This document shows, piece after piece, positions 7,790-18,655 of a stretch of 64,000 nt of DNA. Where the stretch lies: positions 93,433 to 157,432 of the forward strand of contig DAIUFP010000006.1 in the NCBI GenBank assembly GCA_036844565.1, read 5' to 3'. Every line of letters starts with the position of its first letter. Within the stretch, counting starts at the first letter, position 1. Source of the DNA: Gemmatimonadaceae bacterium. GTDB lineage: Bacteria; Gemmatimonadota; Gemmatimonadetes; Gemmatimonadales; Gemmatimonadaceae. The translations under genes and the position numbers were made by a program. The notes under the pieces were generated by a model that was given only the letters and a program-made list of their open reading frames with translations, made no database searches and was not told the origin of the DNA.

Positions 7790-8662
7790 ATGGCGCTCAC
7801 GGTTCGCTTCTGGGGAACTCGGGGGTCCATTCCGAGTCCGGGTCCGACGACGGTTCGCTACGGCGGAAATACACCCTGCCTGGAGCTGCGCACCGAAGAA
7901 GGCCGACTGATCATCCTCGACGCGGGCACCGGCATTCGCGAGTTGGGCCGCTCACTGACCGAGCGGGCACAGGGCGCGGCGATTGAAGGCGACATTTTTC
8001 TGACGCACGCGCACTGGGATCACATTCAGGGCATTCCGTTTTTCGCACCACTGTTTCGGAAAGGCAATCGCTTCACGATCTGGGGCTCGAAGTCGCTCCA
8101 GATGAGCATCGACCGAGTCGTGCGCGACCAGATGTCGCCCGTCGTCTTCCCGGTGGCATTCGAGGAGCTTCAGGCGCAGATCGATTTTCAGGAGCTGGCA
8201 GAGGAACAGCGGGCTGGCACCGGGTACCACGTTGCGGCCATGGGCGTTCGACACCCGGGTGGCGCACTGGGATACCGGTTCTGGGATGGAGAGGTTGGGC
8301 CGCGATCGCTCGTCTACGTCTCGGACAATGAACTGAGCCCGCGCGCCACGTACGAGGAGTTGCCGAACTGGCGCGAGCGGTTCGTGAAGTTTGCGAAGGG
8401 TGCGGCTGTCCTGGTGCACGACACGATGTTCACGGCACGCGAGTACGACGCGTTCGTCGGGTGGGGACATTCGACGCATGAGGATGCGGTGGAGCTGGCG
8501 CTCGACGCGGGGGTGGAGAAGCTGGTGCTGTTCCATCACCGCCCGGAGCGCAGCGACGATGAAGTGGACCAGTGCGTGTCCACCTGCAAGGCGCTGGTGG
8601 AGTCGAAGGGAGCTCGGCTAGAGGTAGTTGCCGCAGCGGAAGGTATGAGTCTGGTGATATAG
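7790..8662 (+). CDS. MBL-fold metallo-hydrolase (PhnP / class-II phosphodiesterase-like)
   Basis: VRFWGTRGSIPSPG N-terminus and the HxHxDH motif THAHWDHIQG. ATG at 7790; an upstream GTG lies at 7778. Confidence 0.8.
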   Translation: MALTVRFWGTRGSIPSPGPTTVRYGGNTPCLELRTEEGRLIILDAGTGIRELGRSLTERAQGAAIEGDIFLTHAHWDHIQGIPFFAPLFRKGNRFTIWGSKSLQMSIDRVVRDQMSPVVFPVAFEELQAQIDFQELAEEQRAGTGYHVAAMGVRHPGGALGYRFWDGEVGPRSLVYVSDNELSPRATYEELPNWRERFVKFAKGAAVLVHDTMFTAREYDAFVGWGHSTHEDAVELALDAGVEKLVLFHHRPERSDDEVDQCVSTCKALVESKGARLEVVAAAEGMSLVI

Positions 8663-8728
8663 AGCCATCTGACGGCGCGAGTGCGCCAGGGCTATAGATC
8701 GATTTCCGTACGAGTCTCGGAGGAGACC

Positions 8729-9481
8729 ATGACCCGCATTGCCCGTTTCATCTCGCTCGCTGCCGTCGTCGCCGTGGCAGCTCCCGTCGTCGCTCACGCG
8801 CAGGCCGGAAAGCCGACCGTGGCCATCCTCGCCTTCAGCAACGGCTCGTTCGGGAAGGACGCCAAGGACTACGATGGGTTGACGAAGGGCATCCCCGCGA
8901 TGCTCATCACGGACATGCAGGCGAATCCGAACATTCGCGTCATCGAGCGCGACCAAGTGCAGGCGCTCGTCGACGAGCAGAAGCTCGTGACGGGCGGACA
9001 GGTCGATCAGGCGACCGCCGTGAAGATCGGCAAGCTGCTCGGCGTGCATCACATGATCTGGGGCACCTTCATGACCGATCCGAAGGGCAACTTCCGGGTT
9101 GACGCTCGCGCAGTCAGCGTCGAGACTGGCCTCATCGAGCATGTGGAGCGCGTGGACGACAAGGCCGACAACATCATGACCAGCATCGGGACTCTGGCGA
9201 GCAAGCTGAACTCCGGCTTGAAGCTGCCCCCAATGCCAGCGGTTCGCACCGGCAGCACGGCTCCGGCAGCAGGCAGCACGGGCGCGCAGCAGGCGGGCGC
9301 ACCCACGGCAGCACCGGCAAGGCTTCCGATGCGCGTGGCCGTGATGTACGGCAAGGCGCTCGATGCGAAGGACCATGGCGAGAAGGCGAAGGCGGTGGAG
9401 TACTTCAACGCAGTGCTGAAGGACTTCCCCACCTACGAGCCGGCGATCAAGGAACGGGCGGGCCTCAGCAAGGGGACCTGA
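8729..9481 (+). CDS. Secreted CsgG/LpoB-like periplasmic protein with a C-terminal TPR-like helix pair
   Basis: Signal peptide MTRIARFISLAAVVAVAAPVVAHA and PTVAILAFSN...VIERDQVQALVDEQKL, which resembles the CsgG/HfaB family. GGAGGAG lies upstream of the ATG. Confidence 0.55.
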   Translation: MTRIARFISLAAVVAVAAPVVAHAQAGKPTVAILAFSNGSFGKDAKDYDGLTKGIPAMLITDMQANPNIRVIERDQVQALVDEQKLVTGGQVDQATAVKIGKLLGVHHMIWGTFMTDPKGNFRVDARAVSVETGLIEHVERVDDKADNIMTSIGTLASKLNSGLKLPPMPAVRTGSTAPAAGSTGAQQAGAPTAAPARLPMRVAVMYGKALDAKDHGEKAKAVEYFNAVLKDFPTYEPAIKERAGLSKGT

Positions 9482-9571
9482 TTCCGATCTGGCACTCCAA
9501 CCCGCCGGCGTCCATTCCGTGGACGTCGGCGGGTTTTTCGTCTGACACGGCCACGTGACCACGTACGCGCA

Positions 9572-11524
9572 ATGAAGCCTCTCCTCCTGACGGCAGTGGG
9601 ACGCACCATCTCCACGGGGCCCCTGGGCCGCCGCGGCGACGACGTCGAGGTGCGCCTCATCCCGACGCTGCCCACGGCGCGCTCGATCGACCTGGATCGT
9701 CCGACGGTGATCGCGCTCGATCGCGACCTGCTGGCGAGCGTGGGGGACGATCCCACACGCGTGCAGGAGCTGGCGCTCATGGTGGCGATGGTGGGGATCG
9801 GCGAAGTCGGTGAGATGGAGCCGCCGCCGGGATTTCCCGTGGATACCGTGTCGTGCTGGATCCCGGGCGATGCGCCGCTCTCGACGGTCATCGCGGCGCT
9901 CCGCGGTGCCTTCCGACACGCCGCGTCATTGCTCGCGGCGCGCACCGCGCGGCACGACGCGGCCGATCGCGCACGTGAGCTGACCGAACTGACCGCGATC
10001 GGTGTGGCGCTCTCCACGGAGCGCGATCTCCACACACTCCTGGACCTGATCCTCACGCAGGCGCGGCGGCTCACGAACGCGGACGCGGGATCGCTCTACC
10101 TCGTGGAGAAGGACGACAGCGGCGCGCCATACCGGCTGCGCTGCGCCATCGCCCAAAATCATTCGCTGCCCGGACTGCCGTTCGAGACGTTCACGGTTCC
10201 GATCAGCCACGCGAGCCTCTCGGGCTATGCGGCCGCGACCGGCGAACCGCTCGTCATTGGCGACGTGTATCTCCTCCCCGACGACAGCTCGTACAAGCAG
10301 AACCGCAGCTTCGACGACAAGGTCGGCTATCGCACGAAGTCGATGCTCGTGTTGCCCATGAAGTCGCACCGCGACGAGATCGTCGGGGTGCTGCAGCTCA
10401 TCAACCGAAAGCGGTCACCCGACGTGCGCCTCACCGCGCCCGACATCGTGGAACGCGAGGTGACCACCTTCGACGAGCGATGCGTCGAGCTCACGACGGC
10501 GCTCGCGTCGCAGGCCGCCGTCGCCATCGAGAACGGCAAGCTGTACGAGGACATCGAGCGCCTCTTCGAAGGCTTCGTGACGGCGGCGGTGACGGCGATC
10601 GAATCGCGCGACCCGACCACATCGGGACACTCGGCTCGCGTCGCGACGCTCACGGTGGGACTCGCCGAAGTGGTGGACAGGGTGAGCGACGGTGAGTTCC
10701 GCAACGTCAACTTCACGCGCGAGCAGCTTCGCGAGCTTCGCTACGCCGGCCTGCTGCACGACTTCGGCAAGGTCGGCGTGCGCGAGCAGGTGCTCGTGAA
10801 GGAGAAGAAGCTCTACCCGAGCGACCTCGAGATCATTCGCAACCGGTTCGGCTACCTCATCCAGCGCTCCGACCTGGAGTTCGAGCGCGAGCGTGCCGAC
10901 TTCGTGCTGGCGAACGGGCAGGCACGCTACACCGAAGAGCTGGCTCGTATCGCCGCTATTCGAGATGGGCGTCGAGCGGAGCTTCGACAGTTCCTTGATT
11001 CCATCGTATCCGCCAACGAGCCGACCGTATTGCCCGAGGGAAGCTTCGAGGCATTGCACGAGATCAACCGGCGGACGTTCGTCGACTTCGAGGGGCAGGA
11101 ACGACCATTGCTCGAGGACCACGAGCTGCAGTTTCTCATGATCCGCAAGGGCAATCTCGACGAAAAGGAACGTCGCGAGATCGAGTCACACGTCACGCAC
11201 ACCTACCGCTTCCTCGAGCAGATTCCATGGACGCGCGAGCTTCGGCACATCCCGCAGATCGCGTACGGGCATCACGAGAAGCTCAATGGCCGGGGATATC
11301 CGAACGCGGTTACCGCGGAGGCGATACCGGTTCAGACGCGGATGATGACGATCGCCGACATCTTCGACGCGCTCACGGCAACGGATCGTCCCTACAAGCG
11401 CGCGGTGCCGGTCGATCGTGCTATCTCCATCCTGCACATGGAAGCGAACGACGGCATGCTGGACAAGAGCCTGCTGGATGCATTCGTCGAAGCGCGTGTG
11501 TTCGACGCACTGCTCGTCCCGTAA
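9572..11524 (+). CDS. GAF-domain HD-GYP phosphohydrolase (likely c-di-GMP phosphodiesterase)
   Basis: HD motif GLLHDFGKVGV and HHEKLNGRGYP (GYP). A GAF-like region lies around LILTQARRLTNADAGSLYLV. Confidence 0.85.
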   Translation: MKPLLLTAVGRTISTGPLGRRGDDVEVRLIPTLPTARSIDLDRPTVIALDRDLLASVGDDPTRVQELALMVAMVGIGEVGEMEPPPGFPVDTVSCWIPGDAPLSTVIAALRGAFRHAASLLAARTARHDAADRARELTELTAIGVALSTERDLHTLLDLILTQARRLTNADAGSLYLVEKDDSGAPYRLRCAIAQNHSLPGLPFETFTVPISHASLSGYAAATGEPLVIGDVYLLPDDSSYKQNRSFDDKVGYRTKSMLVLPMKSHRDEIVGVLQLINRKRSPDVRLTAPDIVEREVTTFDERCVELTTALASQAAVAIENGKLYEDIERLFEGFVTAAVTAIESRDPTTSGHSARVATLTVGLAEVVDRVSDGEFRNVNFTREQLRELRYAGLLHDFGKVGVREQVLVKEKKLYPSDLEIIRNRFGYLIQRSDLEFERERADFVLANGQARYTEELARIAAIRDGRRAELRQFLDSIVSANEPTVLPEGSFEALHEINRRTFVDFEGQERPLLEDHELQFLMIRKGNLDEKERREIESHVTHTYRFLEQIPWTRELRHIPQIAYGHHEKLNGRGYPNAVTAEAIPVQTRMMTIADIFDALTATDRPYKRAVPVDRAISILHMEANDGMLDKSLLDAFVEARVFDALLVP

Positions 11525-11541
11525 CCTTCGAGCTGTGACAC

Positions 11542-12804
11542 CTAGGAGCTGAGAGTCTCGGTCGGCGCTGGCTCCTCGAAGCGCCCAAGTATGGTCGCCG
11601 AGGCCATCTGCGCTGTGCAGTGTGTGGCCGTGCGAATCATGTCGGGAATCGTATCGACGCCTAGCAGCAGCCCCACCGCGGCGACGGGCAGGCCGGCGGC
11701 GAGGAGTACGGGCACGATGACGATGATCGTTCCGCCAGGCACGCTGGGCACGGTGAACGTCGTTACGACCGTCATGAGCGCGATCGTCACCAACTGCGTA
11801 CTGCTCACCTCGACGCCGTAGAGGCGCGCCATGAACAGCACGCCGATGGGGATCATCACGGCGCTGCCGCACTTGAATATCGCCGCAGCCAGCGGAAGCC
11901 AGAACGATCGCACCGCGAGCGGAAGGTGCAGCACCTCGTCGGCCCCCTGAAGCATCGCGGGCAGCGTCACCAGCGACGAGCGCGCACTCAAGGCCACCGC
12001 CTGTCCTGGCGCACAGGCGCGCGCGAAGGTCCGCAGATCCTTGCCGCCCACGAGCCACGCCGCGAGGTACAACAGCGCCATGAACGCGAGGCACAGCACC
12101 GTCACGACGGCCACGTAGTACAACACCGCGCCCGCGGCGGCGAGACCAAGCCGCTGTGAGAGCGGGATGGTGAGCGCGAACACGCCGATGGGAGCGACGA
12201 GCATCACCCAGTGCATGATCATGAGCGACGCCTCGTACACCCCCTGCATCACGCGCAGGAGGGCCGAGCGGCCATCGTTCGAGATGCGCGTGATCGCGAG
12301 ACCGAACAACAGCGTGAATACAATGATCGGCAGCATGGCCCCATCGGCCATGGTCTTGATCGGGTTGGACGGAACGAGGTCGACGAGCCACTGGCTGAAC
12401 CCTACGATCTTCTGCGCGCCTTGAACGGCCGTCCCGCTGGACGCGGCTGCACTCGCCCGCAGCGCCGCAGAGGCGCCGGCGTCGATGGTGAGGAACGACA
12501 TCGCCATGCGGCCGACCACCGCCGAGAACGTGGCGGCGGTCGCCAGCATGAGCAGTGCGAGAGCCAGCCCGCGCGCGCCAATGCGGCCGATGCTTCGCGC
12601 ATCCGGCAGCGAGTTCACGCCGATCACGATGGACGTGACCACGAGCGGCACGACGGTCATGCGCAGTGCGTTCACCCAGATTGTGCCGAGCGGCTCGAGA
12701 TAGCCGGGAATCGCGTGGAGCGCGGGGCTGGCGGAGCTCGCGATGACCATGCCGGCTGCGAGTCCCGCCACGAGCGCCAGGAGTACTCTCGTCGTCAGGC
12801 TCAT
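11542..12804 (-). CDS. Dicarboxylate/amino acid:cation symporter (DAACS family)
   Basis: MSLTTRVLLALVAGLAAG... and the conserved TSSSA-like and VPSVPGG segments. The ATG overlaps the hyuB stop (ATGA). Confidence 0.85.
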   Translation of the reverse strand: MSLTTRVLLALVAGLAAGMVIASSASPALHAIPGYLEPLGTIWVNALRMTVVPLVVTSIVIGVNSLPDARSIGRIGARGLALALLMLATAATFSAVVGRMAMSFLTIDAGASAALRASAAASSGTAVQGAQKIVGFSQWLVDLVPSNPIKTMADGAMLPIIVFTLLFGLAITRISNDGRSALLRVMQGVYEASLMIMHWVMLVAPIGVFALTIPLSQRLGLAAAGAVLYYVAVVTVLCLAFMALLYLAAWLVGGKDLRTFARACAPGQAVALSARSSLVTLPAMLQGADEVLHLPLAVRSFWLPLAAAIFKCGSAVMIPIGVLFMARLYGVEVSSTQLVTIALMTVVTTFTVPSVPGGTIIVIVPVLLAAGLPVAAVGLLLGVDTIPDMIRTATHCTAQMASATILGRFEEPAPTETLSS

Positions 12805-14348
12805 GTCGCCAATGTGGGAGCGCCAGCGCGGCCATAGCCGCCGCCACCTGGCGTCTCGATCGTGATGACGTCGCCTTCCGTGAGCGTGACACGACACTTC
12901 GCGGGAAGCAGAACGCCGTTGAGCAGGTTGCGACCAATCTCGCCATCCGCGCCTCCAGCAACACCGCGGGGTGCATGACGCCTGCGTTCGGTGAGAAGGG
13001 TGACCGTACATGCGGTCGTCGCGCGATACGCGCGCACGATGCCATTGCCGCCGTTCTCTGCGCCGATGCCCGCGGACCCGTCGCGCAAGGCGTAGCGGTC
13101 GATGCGTAGCGGCGTCGAAAGCTCGAGTGATTCGACCGGCGTATTCAGCGTGTTGCTCATGCCAACGTGAACGCCTGATGGCCCAGGCCCACGAGAGCTT
13201 CCACCCTGTCCGCCGCCCAGCGTTTCATAGAACGTCCAGCCCGCACCGCCGAAGATGACATTGTTCATCGTCCCCTGCCCTTGCGCGGCGACGTCGACGC
13301 CGGCGTCGCCGAGTGCGGCGAGTATGGTGTCGGCGATGCGCTGCGACATCTCGACATTGCCCGCGGCGACAGCGGCCGGCCATGCGGCATTCACGGCACT
13401 GCGCTCGGGCAGCGTCAACGCGATCGCCCGTGCGATGCCATCGTTCGTGGGCACGTCGTCGTCGAGCAGGGTGCGCAACGCGAACACGGCAGCGGCGCGC
13501 GTGACGGCAGCCGGGCAGTTCACATTGCCGGCGACCTGCGGCGCGCTGCCTGTGAGGTCGAGGTGAAGTGTGCCATCCCGAATCTCCACGGCGACGACAA
13601 CGTCGATGTCGGCATCGGTCACTCCGTCGCCCTCCAGCCTGTCGTGGGCGCGGCCACGGCGCCCCTCCAGCGGAGCGAGCCTCGACCGCACGCGGCGCTC
13701 GGCGTAATCGAGTAAGGCATCACAGTCGCGCGCGAGTGCATGCGAACCTCGACGCTTCGCAAGCGCACGCCAGCCCGCAGCTCCGGCCGAGCACGCGGCG
13801 AGCTGTGCGCCCAGATCTCCGCGTCGCTCGGCCGGCGTGCGGACGTTGGCGACGATGAAGGTCAGCAGCTCCTCGTCGAGCACACCGGCGCGCACGAGTC
13901 GAATGGGCGGAATGATCAGCCCTTCCTGGACGAGCTCCGTGGCGCCCTGCGGCATGCTGCCAGGGCTCATTCCGCCGACATCGGCATGGTGCGCGCGCAC
14001 CGCCGTGTATCCGCCGATGGCTCCGTCGATCTCGACCGCTTCCACCAGCGTGAGGTCGGGAAGATGCGATCCGCCGTGATAGGGGTCGTTGAGGAGGAAT
14101 ACGTCGCCGGGTAGCGGATTGCGTGCACGGACGGCCTTCACCGACTCGGGCATCGCGCCGAGATGCACGGGTATGTGCGCAGCCTGCGCGATCATGCGTC
14201 CGCCCGCATCGAACAGCGCGGCCGATGCGTCGCGGCGCTCGCGAATGTTCGGCGAGAGTGCACTGCGAACGAGGACGGCGCCCATCTCCTCGGCAATCAT
14301 GGCAACGGCATTCGCGAGCACGGACAGCTCGAGCGCTTCGCGCGTCAT
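12801..14348 (-). CDS. hyuB: Hydantoinase B / oxoprolinase family protein
   Basis: LELSVLANAVAMIAEEMGAVLVRSALSPNIRERRD and NDPYHGGSHLPD. Confidence 0.85.
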   Translation of the reverse strand: MTREALELSVLANAVAMIAEEMGAVLVRSALSPNIRERRDASAALFDAGGRMIAQAAHIPVHLGAMPESVKAVRARNPLPGDVFLLNDPYHGGSHLPDLTLVEAVEIDGAIGGYTAVRAHHADVGGMSPGSMPQGATELVQEGLIIPPIRLVRAGVLDEELLTFIVANVRTPAERRGDLGAQLAACSAGAAGWRALAKRRGSHALARDCDALLDYAERRVRSRLAPLEGRRGRAHDRLEGDGVTDADIDVVVAVEIRDGTLHLDLTGSAPQVAGNVNCPAAVTRAAAVFALRTLLDDDVPTNDGIARAIALTLPERSAVNAAWPAAVAAGNVEMSQRIADTILAALGDAGVDVAAQGQGTMNNVIFGGAGWTFYETLGGGQGGSSRGPGPSGVHVGMSNTLNTPVESLELSTPLRIDRYALRDGSAGIGAENGGNGIVRAYRATTACTVTLLTERRRHAPRGVAGGADGEIGRNLLNGVLLPAKCRVTLTEGDVITIETPGGGGYGRAGAPTLAT

Positions 14349-14361
14349 GCGTTGCACCGCA

Positions 14362-16296
14362 TCAGGAGTCGTCCTCGACACGCGTGAGCAGCCATCCGCC
14401 GGTGACGTGTGGTGTTCCCGTCCAACCGCTCGCGATCCGCAAGGTCGCCGCTCGCAGGGCAATCACGGCGGGCCCAACGACGCGCGCCTCGAATGCTCCG
14501 CCGTCGTCGATCTTCGCAGCATCGTCCCAGTTGGACGTCGCCCTCCGCTCGAAGGCAATTGGCGTCGCAGGTCCACTCGCGACGTGACGGATGCCGATGA
14601 CTTCCACCGGCGCGGCAATCGTGAAACCGTTGCGGCGCTGATGGACCGCGTCGAAGCGGCTCGCGAGCGCTACCCCGTCGTCGTCGCGCGCGAGCGGGAT
14701 GTCGAGCTCGTGTCCCTGCCCTACGTAACGCATCCGTGCGGTCCATGAACGGGTCCATGCCGGTTCGTCGGCTACGCCTTCGGCTGCGTCGTCGAGCGCG
14801 GACGTGATGTGCTGTGCACCGAGGGTATCGACACGCGCCATGCAGCTGATCATTCGTTCGCGGCGCTCTGGCGTGATCGCCAAACCCACGGCGCTCAGGA
14901 CACCCGCATGCGGCGGAACGAAGATCGTGTCCATCCCGAGCTGCTCGGCGAGCCCGCATGCGTGAAGGGGGCCGCCTCCCCCGAACGGCACAAGCACGCA
15001 ATCGCGCGGACTCACGCCGCGCTCGACGCTCACCCGCCTGAGCGCGCGAGCCACCGCGGCGTCCGCAACCTCCACGATCGCCAACGCGACGCGTTCGGGC
15101 GACGCGCCGAGTTGCGCCGCAAGCGCGCTGATGGCGCGCTGCGCGGCTGGTGCGTCGAGCTCGACGCCGCCACTGAGGCCCGACGCGGAGATATGCCCGA
15201 GAACGACATGCGCATCGGTGACCGTTGGGGCCGTCCCGCCGCGTCCGAAGGCTGCGGGTCCTGGCTGCGCCCCCGCACTTCGGGGACCCACGCGAAGCGC
15301 TCCGCCATCATCGATCCACGCGATGCTGCCGCCTCCCGCGGAAACAGTCTCCACGAGCACGCGTGGAAGCGCGATCGGCACTCCGGCAATTCGTCCACCC
15401 GGCTCGACGAGCGGTTCTCCATCCAGAATGAGTCCGACGTCGGCGCTCGTGCCGCCGATGTCGACGGTGAGTGCGTTCGCAAAACCGGCGGCGCGAAGTA
15501 CGGCTGCTGCGCCAACAATACCACCAGCCGGACCCGAGAGCGCGAGCGATGCGGCCCCTCGAGCGGCTTGCTCCACCGTGCGCATCCCGCCGCCCGATGT
15601 CATTACGCCGGGCGCAGGGATGCCGAGCGCGATCGAACGCGCGGTAAGTTGCTCGAGGTAACGCGACACGCCTGCCCTCAAGTACGCTTCCGCAACCGTC
15701 GTCGCGGTCCGTTCGTACTCGCGTATCTCGGGGAAAACGTCCGACGAGATGACGATGTCGAGCGCGGGGAAGCGAGCATGCAGCGCATCGCGCAGGCGCC
15801 GCTCGTGTGATGGGTCGCGATACGCATGAAGCAACGAGATCGCGACGACACCGGGATCGAGTTCGCCGACGCGCGCGATGACATGTGCGATTGCATCATC
15901 GGATAGCGCGAGAACGACGCCCTCCGGCGCAATCCGCTCGCGAGCGGCGATCGTGTGATCCCGCGCCACGAGCGGCGCGGGATGGTGAAGCGACAGATCG
16001 TAAAGCGACGCGCGATCCTGTCGTGCCAAGTGGAGCACGTCCGTAAAGCCCTCGGTGGCGACGAGCGCCACCTTCGACCCTGCCCGCTCGAGCAGCATGT
16101 TCGTGGCGACGGTTGTCCCGTGGACGAAGCGCGCAATGGGAGCACCGCCGAGCAGCGCCAGGCTCGTCTCCACGCCGCTGCTCTGGTCCAGCGGTGTGCT
16201 CAACACCTTATGCGTGGTCACGCCGCCGCGAGAATCGACGGCGACCAGGTCCGTGAAGGTGCCGCCGACGTCGATGCCTATCGAAAGTGCAGTCAC
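14362..16296 (-). CDS. hyuA: Hydantoinase A / oxoprolinase family protein
   Basis: IGIDVGGTFTDLVAV N-terminus and a second ATPase motif DIGGTSADV. Confidence 0.85.
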   Translation of the reverse strand: MTALSIGIDVGGTFTDLVAVDSRGGVTTHKVLSTPLDQSSGVETSLALLGGAPIARFVHGTTVATNMLLERAGSKVALVATEGFTDVLHLARQDRASLYDLSLHHPAPLVARDHTIAARERIAPEGVVLALSDDAIAHVIARVGELDPGVVAISLLHAYRDPSHERRLRDALHARFPALDIVISSDVFPEIREYERTATTVAEAYLRAGVSRYLEQLTARSIALGIPAPGVMTSGGGMRTVEQAARGAASLALSGPAGGIVGAAAVLRAAGFANALTVDIGGTSADVGLILDGEPLVEPGGRIAGVPIALPRVLVETVSAGGGSIAWIDDGGALRVGPRSAGAQPGPAAFGRGGTAPTVTDAHVVLGHISASGLSGGVELDAPAAQRAISALAAQLGASPERVALAIVEVADAAVARALRRVSVERGVSPRDCVLVPFGGGGPLHACGLAEQLGMDTIFVPPHAGVLSAVGLAITPERRERMISCMARVDTLGAQHITSALDDAAEGVADEPAWTRSWTARMRYVGQGHELDIPLARDDDGVALASRFDAVHQRRNGFTIAAPVEVIGIRHVASGPATPIAFERRATSNWDDAAKIDDGGAFEARVVGPAVIALRAATLRIASGWTGTPHVTGGWLLTRVEDDS

Positions 16297-16457
16297 GCGT
16301 GCTGGTGAAGGGTACGGAAGGATTCACCGAGACTACGGTCCCGCTCGGCGGCTGTCGAGGGACTGGCTGAGGTACGCCGCGCGCATGTCCGCGCGCGAGG
16401 TGTGACCGCGCGCCTGCGCCTCGGGTTTGGCGGCTCGACACCACCAAACTATACACA

Positions 16458-16925
16458 ATGCGCCTTCGCCAATTGTTCGCCATGCTCGCCTGCACCCTCG
16501 CCAGCTGCCGCGAGTCGACTTCCCCGGACCTCGCGTCTCTCGTTGGCGAATGGGCCGCGGCTTCCGAAGTGAGTCGCTTTGACGGAAGCAGTTATGAGGT
16601 ATCGCTCAGCCTGCGCGAAGATCACACGTACGTCCGCAACTGGCGTTACTACGATGCATCGACGTCGCTCCGCGCCTACGTGACGACCGAGGGCACGTTC
16701 TCGCTGCGGGCCGACAGCATCTTCATGCGTCCTGTCACCGACCGGAGCTGGGACCGCGATTTCAATGGGGGTGCCGTCACGGTCACCCCTGTGAGCAGCT
16801 CCGGCGTCTACGGCCAGTCGGGTGCACGCTTCGAGGTATCCAGCGAGACCCTCGTGCTGCATTTTCTCACGTACCCCGCTGATGCCCCAGTAGAAACGTC
16901 CGAATCACTGGCGCGCCTGCATTGA
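16458..16925 (+). CDS. Hypothetical lipoprotein
   Basis: Lipobox LASC after a hydrophobic signal (MRLRQLFAMLACTLASC). Confidence 0.5.
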   Translation: MRLRQLFAMLACTLASCRESTSPDLASLVGEWAAASEVSRFDGSSYEVSLSLREDHTYVRNWRYYDASTSLRAYVTTEGTFSLRADSIFMRPVTDRSWDRDFNGGAVTVTPVSSSGVYGQSGARFEVSSETLVLHFLTYPADAPVETSESLARLH

Positions 16926-16975
16926 GTGCGCGCCCGTCGAGGTAGCGAGGACGGAGCGCTCGCGGCCGGCGACTG

Positions 16976-17728
16976 TCATTCCCAGCGAAACACCCGCGAT
17001 GAGATCGCGATGCACAGGACGAACACCACGGCGAGCGCGCCGAGGTCCGTGAGGTGCGCCATCCAGCCGTCGCCTCGCCAGATGCCCTGAAGCAGCGACG
17101 TCACGTAGGTCAGCGGCAGAAACCTGGCGACGCTGCGCAAGGCGGGCGGGAACGACGCGACGGGGGCGAAGAGTCCCGACAAGGCGATCATCGGATACCA
17201 CACCAGCGCCCCGATCGGTTGCGCGAACCTGGCAGTGGGAACGATGCTCGCGATCACGAAGCCGATGGAAAGAATGCTCACGACGCTCACGAGAAGCGCC
17301 ACGACGAAGGACGTCACGGGGACGTCGGCGCCCAGAGTGAAATAGCGCTTTCCGACGAGGATCATCGTGATCATCGTGACAGCCGTGAGGAGCAGCTTCG
17401 CCAGGACATGTGCGCTCAGGATCGTCGCGGGCCGGAGCGGCGTGGCGCGCAGGCGCTTCAGGATACCGCCCTCGCGATAGATGGACACGATCGTCACGAG
17501 CGATTGCACCGCACTGATCGCGATCAGCACCGAGACGAATACCGCGACTCCGCCCTCGCGAAAGATGCCAGTCATCGATGCGGCGGGCGCCGACAGGCCT
17601 CGTGGCGCCATCCGCTGGAGAACGAGAAACACGATGACAGGAAAGGCCACGGTGCCGATGGCGCCGAGCGGCTCGCGGGCGAAGATCTTGATCTCCAGCC
17701 ACGTGAGATTCCACAGTCCGCGCATCAT
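16976..17728 (-). CDS. ABC-2 type transporter permease
   Basis: Six hydrophobic segments. It lies directly downstream of the ABC ATPase. Confidence 0.75.
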   Translation of the reverse strand: MMRGLWNLTWLEIKIFAREPLGAIGTVAFPVIVFLVLQRMAPRGLSAPAASMTGIFREGGVAVFVSVLIAISAVQSLVTIVSIYREGGILKRLRATPLRPATILSAHVLAKLLLTAVTMITMILVGKRYFTLGADVPVTSFVVALLVSVVSILSIGFVIASIVPTARFAQPIGALVWYPMIALSGLFAPVASFPPALRSVARFLPLTYVTSLLQGIWRGDGWMAHLTDLGALAVVFVLCIAISSRVFRWE

Positions 17729-17734
17729 GGGGAG

Positions 17735-18655
17735 CTAGTCACGTATCGAGTGCCCGGTCAGCTTGAGGAAGACGTCTTCGAGCGTTGGAAGCACGGTGCG
17801 GAAGGTCGTGACATGCATGCGGTGCTCGGACAGGCAGTCGATGACCTCGCTGACGAAGTCCTCACTTTCTCCGCCGAGTGTGTAGCTGTTGCCCTGCTGC
17901 GTGAGCGACGCAAGATGCGGAATGCGGGCGAACCGTTCCGACGCGTCAGATGCATCCGTCGCGAGAATGACGTTGCGGGCCGGGCAGTGCCGGTCCACGA
18001 GATCCGACGGGCGGCCCATGTCAACGATACTTCCGTGCTCCATGATCGCGACGCGATCGCAGAGTCGCTCGGCTTCCTCCATGAGGTGCGTCGTGAGAAA
18101 CACCGTCTTGCCGCGCAACCTGATTCCGCGCACCAATTCCCAGATCGCGTGACGCGCCTGCGGGTCGAGGCCGGTCGTCAGCTCGTCGAGAAATACGACT
18201 TCGGGATCGTTGATAAGGGCGAGCGCAATGAACAGCCGCTGTTTCTGGCCTCCCGAAAGCGTCATGAACCACGCATTGCGCTTTTCGGCGAGCCCAAGCT
18301 GCTCGAGCAACTGCTCTCCCTGCGATGACGGCTTGCGATAGAGAGACGACCAGAGCTTCACCGCTTCCCAGACCTTGATGCGCTTCTGAAGTTGCGCCTG
18401 CTGGAGTTGAACCCCGATGCGCTCCTGCAGCGTGTAGACGTCGCGCACGGGATCGAGGCCGAGCACCGTGATCGCGCCGCTGTCGGGGCTGCGGATGCCC
18501 TCGACGCACTCCATCGTCGTCGTTTTGCCGGCGCCATTGGGACCGATCAAGCCGAAGATCTCGCCCTCGTGCACGTCGAGCGAGACGTCCGCCACCGCGA
18601 CGAGGGAGCCATACGTCTTGCGAACGTGCTCGAGATGGATGACGGGTTCCTTCAT
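17735..18655 (-). CDS. ABC transporter ATP-binding protein
   Basis: Walker A GPNGAGKTT, signature LSGGQKQR, Walker B VVFLDE. Confidence 0.92.
   Translation of the reverse strand: MKEPVIHLEHVRKTYGSLVAVADVSLDVHEGEIFGLIGPNGAGKTTTMECVEGIRSPDSGAITVLGLDPVRDVYTLQERIGVQLQQAQLQKRIKVWEAVKLWSSLYRKPSSQGEQLLEQLGLAEKRNAWFMTLSGGQKQRLFIALALINDPEVVFLDELTTGLDPQARHAIWELVRGIRLRGKTVFLTTHLMEEAERLCDRVAIMEHGSIVDMGRPSDLVDRHCPARNVILATDASDASERFARIPHLASLTQQGNSYTLGGESEDFVSEVIDCLSEHRMHVTTFRTVLPTLEDVFLKLTGHSIRD

Noticed and set aside
9490-9505. TGGCAC motif upstream of the HD-GYP gene
   Set aside because: There is no TTGC at the correct spacing. It is probably a chance match.
11186-13045. 619-aa minus-strand ORF, plus the long N-terminal extensions of many ORF-track entries (ctp, hyuB, solA-like, SpoIID, TonB receptor, sigma factor and others)
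   Set aside because: These are alternative-frame or upstream extensions with Arg-rich composition. Internal starts followed by signal peptides or family-typical N-termini, often with ATGA/GTGA coupling to the upstream gene, are far more plausible.
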